Positions 55,922 to 64,000 of a stretch of DNA of 64,000 nucleotides are shown piece by piece. The translations under genes and the position numbers were made by a program. Every line of letters begins with the position of its first letter. Positions within the stretch are counted from its first letter, which is position 1. This DNA is from Schizochytrium sp. TIO01 (lineage: Eukaryota; Protista; Bigyra: Labyrinthulomycetes): contig SMSO01000034.1 of NCBI GenBank assembly GCA_004764695.1, forward strand, positions 434,001 to 498,000, in the 5' to 3' direction. Under the pieces are notes generated by a model, which was not told the origin of the DNA, ran no database searches, and saw only the letters and a list, made by a program, of their open reading frames with translations.

Positions 55922-57133
55922 TTATCTACGAGCAGCACGGTGCGAGCGGCGACTAAACCTTAGCGGGTCAAATGGTCTTAGATCTAGGTCTGTAGTTCCG
56001 TCTTGAACAAGATCTGCAAGAACCTTTCCTGTAATTGGACCCCATAAAATACCCCAAACGCTGTGACCCGCTCCAATGAAAAGGTCTTTGCGGTCGTGCT
56101 CTAGCAAACCAATCATTGGTACGCCATCTTGCGAGGAGGGCGGCATGCAGCATTGCAACACCACGCGTTCATCGCCGTCTGTAAGCCCTGAAGTCACATA
56201 CGCAAACGATTGCTTGCCGCGTTCGACGCGTTTCTCGTTGGACTTGACTTCGTCAGGGCCCATGTCACGCAGTATATTCTTCCCAAGTGGTTCGCTATCG
56301 TCAAATCCAGAGACATAAACTGAGTTGTCTGGTCGAGGGAACAACTCGAGATGATTTCCAAAGGGATCTGTTTCGCAAAAACATGCAGTTGCTGCGATCT
56401 TCTTTTTGCTGGGATCTGCATGCACGACCATGCTACTCGCTGCGGATCCTGTGACCGGAATATTGATCTTGTCTAGAGCCTCCCAATCTTCTGCTATTGA
56501 AGTCCATGGCCCCATCGCTAGTACCACTTTATCAGCCTCAATCGTTGTGTCTTGTTCACTGAGTTTGATCGAGTATCCGCCTCGTTCAAGACGGCTGAGT
56601 CCTGAGACTTTATCCACGACCAATGTAACGCCTCCTGACTCTGCTTTGGCCCAAAGCTTCGACATGAGCTCTGGAGGAGTCACCTGCGCGGTTCCTTCAT
56701 CCATCATAGCCGTCTTTGTTGTGCTCGGGTTCAGCAGGACAGTCTCAACGTGCTCTCCATCTTTTTCGTCGCCGGTCTTGGGCTTTTTCGCTGCTGGTGT
56801 AGTAGCGGCATTAATAGCTTTCTTCCCCTTTCCTTTCTTGAGCACATCGACCTCTAGCGTTGGGAGCTTGCGATAAGATTCGAGAGAGAGATCTTTGGCA
56901 AGTTTCTCGTGTAAATCAAATCCTTTTTCGTGGAGTTCCTGTGTTACACCAGGCTGACCCCAGCCTCGGGCTAAAAAGCCGCCTGCTTTGCCCGAGGCAC
57001 CAGCTGCGATTCGCGTGCCTTCAATAACAACAACTCCTTCTCCAAGACCTTTGGATGCCAGGAAATAAGCCGTTGAGGTTCCTACGACGCCTCCGCCTAG
57101 AATCGCAACTTTATACCGCTCAGCGGACGCCAT
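55922..57133 (-). CDS. FAD-dependent oxidoreductase (DAO/glycine-oxidase family, TDA3-like)
   Basis: Motifs VAILGGGVVGTSTAYFL (Rossmann fold), ASGKAGGFLA, VVLAMGPW, GAGHSVWGILWGPITGKVLA. Confidence 0.93.
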   Translation of the reverse strand: MASAERYKVAILGGGVVGTSTAYFLASKGLGEGVVVIEGTRIAAGASGKAGGFLARGWGQPGVTQELHEKGFDLHEKLAKDLSLESYRKLPTLEVDVLKKGKGKKAINAATTPAAKKPKTGDEKDGEHVETVLLNPSTTKTAMMDEGTAQVTPPELMSKLWAKAESGGVTLVVDKVSGLSRLERGGYSIKLSEQDTTIEADKVVLAMGPWTSIAEDWEALDKINIPVTGSAASSMVVHADPSKKKIAATACFCETDPFGNHLELFPRPDNSVYVSGFDDSEPLGKNILRDMGPDEVKSNEKRVERGKQSFAYVTSGLTDGDERVVLQCCMPPSSQDGVPMIGLLEHDRKDLFIGAGHSVWGILWGPITGKVLADLVQDGTTDLDLRPFDPLRFSRRSHRAARR

Positions 57134-59682
57134 AGTGAGCCCAAAGATAGCTTCTGCTTTTCAAGACAGTCCCCAACCGTTCGATATTGAGTACCTTTTC
57201 CTGGGTAATTTTACAAATGCTCTGAGTTGATCACGTTGCTTAACCTCGAGCCTTCTTTCTGGAGAGAAGGCTCCAGGTCTCTCTCCTTGCCGCAGGCTTG
57301 AAGAACCTAAGCACTGATGACTGATGACTGATGGCGGGCGAACTCCCTTTCCACAAGCCAGGAAACACGATTGGAGTCTACACGGCTGCAGCCCAGCTGG
57401 GAAAGTTAGCTTAAGCAGTATTGCCTGCTACTGCAAGAGCCACAGGGTATGTGAGTCTCTAGAGCTCATTCGAGGCGAAGCTCACTATCTTGTGTTGAGA
57501 CTCTCATCTTGTCATTCTGAGAGATTTGCTACTTAGGTTGAAAAATATAAATGTAAAACCATTGTCATACTATCTCTCTAGTCTACTGTAGAGATCAAGG
57601 CAGTCTGGCAAGATCAGACTATTCATCCGGGTCGAGCCTCGAAGAATCCTGAAGTTGGTGTCTTGAAAGCAAATGTTGTACACAGCACCATGCTTTGTTC
57701 ACAAGGTTGCACTAGGAGATGGGAACTGCTTCGAGGAGTAGTTCGCACTGTACGACTGCTTTATAAAAAAATAATAAAAAATAAAAATAAACTAAAGCAA
57801 TTAGCATTACTACGACTGTTCAGAGAGTCCTTATCAACTCTGTGATGCAATTTTTGGAAATAATGCCCTCTGTTTCAGAGAGAGCTTCTACTTTGCTTTC
57901 TACTGTTTGAACTTGGGACATCACAATGCTGCGAAACATCATCGAACAATATCAGAGTGATCAACATTGAGGTTTGTTCAAAATTGATGCATGCAACTTC
58001 AAGCGAAACAAACAAACAAACATACAAACAAACAAACAAAAAAAGAGGGGAAAGAAAAAGAACGAAGAGCTAAACATAAAAAGAAAACAGAAGACATCAC
58101 AACCGGCGTGCGATATCCATTCAATCGCTTATTAGCGCTTAGTCGCCCTTTGTCGTCATGGCAGCAAATTAACTCTTCGCGACTAGCAGCTCTGTGTCAT
58201 GAGACTCAACGAAGACTTCATGGTGGTGATGGCATTTTAGCGACGGGCCAACCAACCAGGCTGTTAATGAGGCCTTTTGGCCCATTCGTGCACACCATCG
58301 TATTGAAAAACGAGGCAGAACCGAGTCCCAGCTAGCGTCGCCGCGCTACTGGAAGCAGGGCGTACGCGTCCTCGAAAGCAATGGCGAAGCTGTGTCCATT
58401 TAATTCCACGGCAGCCTATTCGCGTTGATGTGATGGCTGGTGGGGGACGCCCATGCCTTCCTTGGTGCGCAGATGCACGCACGTTGCTCGAACTTGGGGC
58501 TGCGAAGAAGGCGTGCCTCCTCGAAAACCTGGCAGCACGAGACTATTTCTCAAGGCTAATGTGTACGACGTCTTGCTGGAATGTAAATAAACCAATTCAT
58601 ACAAACTGCTTTGAACAGATAACGTGAGAGAATTCTCTCCCAAGAACAAGTAAGGGTGCAGGTTTGAGGGTCGCAAACGGGAGTTGATTGTTGATTCATC
58701 TTCTTCTGGGTAAGCAGGGTATCCAGCGCAGGTGACGGTTTTCCGTGCCAGCTTTTCTGCTGCCTAGTGCAAATTAGCAGATAAATTGCATCTAAATGCA
58801 GTTTATTAGTGCAGTTGCACGTGCAACTGCATGGAATTGGAATCTGTGCTTTGAGAGGCCTACTAGTTATTTGTAAAAGGACTTCCTAAAACCCATAAAG
58901 GCAAGACAGCAGAGATCATGGTTGAAGAAGTTATACGTGGGACGCGTCTTACGCTACCAGAGCTGATCTGCTACGAGACACTGATGACGCGTCATCGCAA
59001 ACAGAGGAAAGGAATTATCCCATTGCCTTTAGACCACCCATTGGCCGTCTTGCTTCATATCATTATAGTGATATTGCTAGTGGTAGGGGCGATTGCGCCA
59101 GCAAACTCGTACTGGGGAGTGTAGAGACTGCAGTTTTGCGACATTTGCGCAGATGACGCACTGTAAAACGAAGAGAATGGTCCTTTGGCAAATCATATGA
59201 TTGAGTTGAACAGCAAAACTCGAATGTGGGCATGGTCAAAACATGGACTTGAACCATCTCGTCTGTAAGACCACGCCAGGGCTTACAGCGATAGCAAGCG
59301 CTGCACGTTGCTCGCAGGTGATGACGCGGATGAAGAAAAGCTGGCACGGAAAGTGAAGCAGATGGACACTGAAAGTATGATGATGATCTGTAGAAACAGA
59401 TTCGAAAGTGGACGTAATTAAAGTAAAGAGCATGATTTATAATAGAAGGGGAAATGAGAGTTAAATCGGGATAAATACCACATGAGCGTCGGTCTCTTAC
59501 GCGATAAAAGATTTAATTTCGAGACACGCTAGAGAGAACGCTGCGTTGGTTGCATAAGATAAACGAAAGGTTGGTAGGTACACGATATTATAGTGAATGC
59601 AGACGTGTTGTAAAAGTTTGAACGAGGCAGAATGTAAGGTTCTCCTACTGAAATTCTAAAAGTTTGAGATTCACAGCAACGT

Positions 59683-61455
59683 CTAGTTCGTGTTGAGAGC
59701 GGAGGTGGCGGCCCACTCGGGGAACTCGCTAAGGTCTCCGAATACACGGCCAGTGCCAAATACGAAAGGGATGGTAAGAGCGATCGAAGCGATCTTGACA
59801 ATGATACCACCCTTGAACATGTCGTAAAAGGTCATGCCTTCGCAAGCAGCAAAAGCGATGGTGGAAGGCGGTGTGGCAGTCGGCAAGAGGTATGCGAAGG
59901 AAGCCGCAACAGTTGCCGGAAGACCAAGGAGAAGAGGGTTGATCTGCTGCTGTACTGCAAGCTCGAGAAGGATAGGGCCAAAGAGCGTGATGGAGGCAGT
60001 GTTACTGATGAGCTCGGTGATCAGACTGACAATGACAGTGACGACAAGGACGAGAACAGCCGGGGAGAGAGATGCAGCGCTGGAGATGAGGCTGGAGATC
60101 TCGAGGGAGAGGCCGCTGGATGACACAGAGCTGGCGATCGCGAAACCGGCACCCATGAGGAGAAGAACACCCCAGGGAAGACGCTTGAAGGCACTCTCAT
60201 CGAGAAGCATGCGGCCAGACTTGCTAGAAGACGGGATAAAGTAGAGGGAAACAGCGCCAAGAACAGCAATGGTGCCGTCATCGATGTAGCCGTACCATAC
60301 GCCGTCGTTGTCCTCGCAGGAGACCTCGCGGGTGTAAGTATCGTCAGAGCAGTAGCCCAAGAAAGGGTCAATGGCGTAAGGGCGCACAATCCACAACATG
60401 ACCATGATGAAGAGCACAATTCCGAGAACAATTTCGTCACGAGTGACAGGTCCAAGGCTGGCACGCTCGCGGGCAAGATTGGCCGGGTTGAGGTCGAGCT
60501 TGAGACCACGCATAAAGATGAACCAGATCGAGAGCCAAGCAATGATCATGACCACGAAAGTGAGGGGAAATGCGAAGGCAAGCCAGTTCTGGAAAGTCAA
60601 TGCAGGTGCAGACGGGAAAGTACCGCTGTAAAGCAAAGAGAAGACGAGGTTGGGGACTGTGCCGATGATAGTGGCGGTACCTCCAGTGGTGGCAGCAAAA
60701 GCGACGCCGAGAAGAGAAGCCTTCTCAAAACGCTTGCCGTCAGGGCCAGAGTTGCGGCCTTCAAGGAAACCCTTGACGACGGGGACCATAAGAATAGTTG
60801 TGGAGGTGTTACTGGCAAACATGGAAATGACGCCAGTGATGAGCATAAAGCCGAGCAGCACAAGAGGAGGGCGAGTACCGCAGAACTTGAGAGCCCAGAG
60901 AGCAAAGCGTTTGTGTGCCATGGCATCTTCGACGGCAAGAACAACGACGAAGGCACCAAGAAAGAGGAAGGAAATGTGGTTGTAGTACAGGGCAGCAAGA
61001 GTGCGGCCACGGGACACGGAGGCCAACGGGTAGAGGATGAGAGGGAGGAGTGAAGTGACGGCGATGGGTACGACTTCACAACACCAGTAAATGACGATGA
61101 AGAGCGTCATTGCAAGAGCCTCGTTGGCCTTGGGGTTCTCCTCGGAGATCTCGATGTTGGCCATAATAATGGCAGCAAGAGGGCCGAGCACGAGGCCAAT
61201 CTTCTGGACAAGGCCGAATTGCCTCCACCAGCCGAAAGGGAAGACCTCGAGGCATGGGGCATCGACGCGCTCTAGAACCTCAGGCTTCTCAACATCGATG
61301 TTGCCATCAGAACCAGCTTGGGGACGTTCGCCGTCCTGAAAGTTGAAAGACTCCGGCACAGCAGGTGCAGATGATGGGGAGGAAGTCATGGGCTCCACAT
61401 GTCCATCACTGACAGGCTCAAGGCCGCTGGTGTTGTTGTTGTTGTGCGGCAGCAT
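59683..61455 (-). CDS. SLC13/DASS cotransporter, copy 2 (paralog of 42039-43823)
   Basis: Same motifs as copy 1 with long identical blocks (AVEDAMAHKRFALWALKFCGT, LLELAVQQ.INPLLLGLPATVAAS). Confidence 0.95.
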   Translation of the reverse strand: MLPHNNNNTSGLEPVSDGHVEPMTSSPSSAPAVPESFNFQDGERPQAGSDGNIDVEKPEVLERVDAPCLEVFPFGWWRQFGLVQKIGLVLGPLAAIIMANIEISEENPKANEALAMTLFIVIYWCCEVVPIAVTSLLPLILYPLASVSRGRTLAALYYNHISFLFLGAFVVVLAVEDAMAHKRFALWALKFCGTRPPLVLLGFMLITGVISMFASNTSTTILMVPVVKGFLEGRNSGPDGKRFEKASLLGVAFAATTGGTATIIGTVPNLVFSLLYSGTFPSAPALTFQNWLAFAFPLTFVVMIIAWLSIWFIFMRGLKLDLNPANLARERASLGPVTRDEIVLGIVLFIMVMLWIVRPYAIDPFLGYCSDDTYTREVSCEDNDGVWYGYIDDGTIAVLGAVSLYFIPSSSKSGRMLLDESAFKRLPWGVLLLMGAGFAIASSVSSSGLSLEISSLISSAASLSPAVLVLVVTVIVSLITELISNTASITLFGPILLELAVQQQINPLLLGLPATVAASFAYLLPTATPPSTIAFAACEGMTFYDMFKGGIIVKIASIALTIPFVFGTGRVFGDLSEFPEWAATSALNTN

Positions 61456-63598
61456 CTTGGACTTTGATTATATAAATGAAACCTTGATGATTTCGGTTTT
61501 GCCAACGGAGTCCGTGCAAAGCGGCTACCGTTGTTGGTTTGGTTGATTGATAGATTGGTTGATTGGATTCCTCCAATCGGAGTTTGGGATTTGCTTGTTT
61601 TGCAGCGCAGCCCAAATCCAGGCATCTACATTATGAGAAACTGCAAGACTATTACAGAAATCCAGGGATCGCGCCCTTTTTCCTCTCGGGACTTGCGCAG
61701 GTACTAAACAATATACCTAGTATGGACCTTTTCACTGCTTCCCTCTACACCCTTCTTCCCTCTAGACTTCCTCTCTTTCTCTTTCTCTTTCTCTCTGTCT
61801 CTTGTTTTTCTTTTGATTTTCCTTATTCATCATCAGTTTATTTTAAATTTATTTTTAAATTATATGCTGTAGAAAATATTTTAGTCGCATTTTATTATAA
61901 TTATTGAAAAAGTCTTTTGGGTTAAATTTTAATTAAAATTGAAAAGCTATTAGAGAGTGTTTATATACGTAGGCGCCAGCCTTAGCTCAGTCGTAAAAAT
62001 GAAGAAGAGAAAGATCATGGGATAAATGTGAATAAGGATCAACATATAGTCACGAAAATAGTTTCTGTATGCATGCAGCAAACACCATTTCATTTCAGTC
62101 AATTCAAGAGTCAGATGGCTTAAGAGAAATCGTACTCGTGCTTGGTTTGGAGCAGGCGCGTGTTCTTGTCCCTTTGAACTTTCTTGCCAGCTCGACTCGA
62201 CTCGCTTCCTACTCGAATAAATCACAGATCTTATTCATGATTATATTTATTATTTTTTTCTTTAAAAAAACACATTTTAAAGATTATAACGCACGCGCGG
62301 AGGGAATATAGCAACTTCATTCTTTCTCCAAGCTGGTTTTGGAAACTTTTTCCATTCTAAAGTCAAATGAATGCGGCATCATGACCGATTATGTAAAACT
62401 ATCGCGTCTGCAATCAAGCTGCGGCAAGCAAGCCCTTTCTTTACCCCGCGCCTCCTTGTCAAAATGTTTCGAAAAAATGGTGTTTACTTTTACAATTTTA
62501 CAATTTCAAAACAAGGAAGAAAGAAAAGAGAAGCAACCTCTTCTATGCATACCAAAGAAGTTTTAAATTTTAGAATAAAATATATTATGTTGAAAGCAGA
62601 ATATTAAGGTTTTTCTATCAAGGAGTAGACTTTTCTATTTGAAAAGTTCAAAGTAAAAGTAAAAATAGAAAAGTATGCCATTCATTTCAGTTGCGTGCAT
62701 TGTCTGTTTGCTTTCTTATGCGTGCCGTAAGTGCGACTTACTTCCTTCCACTCAGCAGTCCTAGAGCTGGCAGCGATATTCGCAACAAAGCTTCCACGCA
62801 AGAAAGAAAACAGCCAATTGCGATGAGCCCTCGCTAACCAACCCACTGGCTCCGGCCGATTCCGACTCAGAGGTCTCGCTCGCTTGCGCAAAGTGCCTTT
62901 GGTCAACAGAGTCCCAATCTTCTCCGTCTTCTTCTCCTCGTTTCCAGCCAAAGAACGAATGTCGAGGCAACACAACACAACACAACAATGAATTGCGCAC
63001 TTACAGGTTTAGTCTATAAAAAGCCAACAGCTTAAAAGGAAAGGAGGAAGAAGAGAAGTGCGCGAGAAAGAAAGAAAGAAACTAATGCGATGCAGTTTTC
63101 TTTTGTACGAAAAGTGAAAAGTGCAAATCGCAAATTCTCAGTGGCTGCGAGAAACGAGCACCACACAGAAAGAAACAAACAAACAAAGAAACAGGCACAT
63201 TCGAGCAGTTTCTTCCCAAGGACGCCTCGATCCATCCGCGCACAGCTTTGCCTCGACGCCTTGGCCCTGCTCTGTTGATGACAAATACCCACTCACTTTG
63301 ATGCTTTGGCTTTACGCGGGAGAACGTGCTTTTCTCGACTCTCTGTGTCTTTGAAACAGTAGAATTCTGTCTGAAGCAGGCGCTTGCAGAGCACCTCTGC
63401 TTAAAGGCGCATGCTCGGATTGATCATCAGGTACGCTCCCTGAAGCAGGTCGTTCAAAGCAGCGCGCGCCGTGGACGTCCGAGCAGCAAGCTTCTGTCGA
63501 ATGGCTGCGCTTAGTCTTCAAGATACGGCTCGTCGCCTTTGGGTTTCTTGCTTCATGGCGGCTCCGCTGTGTTGAAGCAGCGAAATTGAGCCCTCCAG

Positions 63599-63628
<30 letters not shown>
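63599..63628. repeat. (CAGAATGA)3 octamer repeat
   Basis: cagaatgacagaatgacagaatgacagaat. Confidence 0.9.
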
Positions 63629-63629
<1 letters not shown>

Positions 63630-64000
63630 GCAGGTGCCGTTCGTTGCTCGAGATAGCGCACATTTGATAAAACATCTGCTCAGGTTCACGAATCGGGCTC
63701 TTTGAAACGTCAAGAGAACGCTTACGACGACCAGCGACTATGAAAAGGCAGGATCGGGCCACACCTAAACCAGCCATTCATCGCATAAACAGAAGCAAGT
63801 TAGTGGCAATGTATAAGCGATAATTTTGAGATCTCAACATCATCATGCTAAACAGCAGATTCGTAGGTAGTAATGAAGGAGGGCAAACCTGTACTTTCTA
63901 AAGAAGACGATATGATGAGCATTAGATTTATTATTAGCTCTTAACATATTCCTACATGACGTCTTTCTGTAGATTTTCATAAAGTCAGCCTTGATCAGTG

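Overview
Eukaryotic nuclear DNA. It is most likely a thraustochytrid/labyrinthulomycete stramenopile, inferred from the mostly intronless GC-rich genes, the AT-rich spacers and a (TTAGG)n tract. Conserved genes include a TPR protein, the PP2A scaffold subunit A, two ApaH-like phosphatases, a CYP86-clan P450, a long-chain acyl-CoA synthetase, a CH-domain kinesin-14, an RluA pseudouridine synthase, an SH3-MIT protein, two SLC13/DASS transporters and an FAD oxidoreductase. Four things stand out. (1) 2889-4943 encodes a protein with MYRF-like layout (acidic N-terminus, globular domain, beta-helix bridge, autocleaving chaperone, hydrophobic tail), but it uses a phage phi29-gp12-type Peptidase_G2 DYAE domain rather than Peptidase_S74; it is a candidate self-cleaving membrane-tethered regulator. 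(2) The left edge holds an LRR gene built of 339-bp units, each an 84-bp phase-2 exon plus a 255-bp intron, with mosaic introns that suggest active exon shuffling. (3) 16.1-19.9 kb is an AT-rich, virus-like compact cluster of PAN/Apple membrane-protein genes. (4) Next to it is a Crinkler-type REase-kinase gene bracketed by repeat arrays; (3) and (4) together lie between the two paralogous phosphatase genes. 44-55.9 kb is a gene-poor interval with decayed coding-like islands. All domain calls come from reading motifs by eye; no searches were run.
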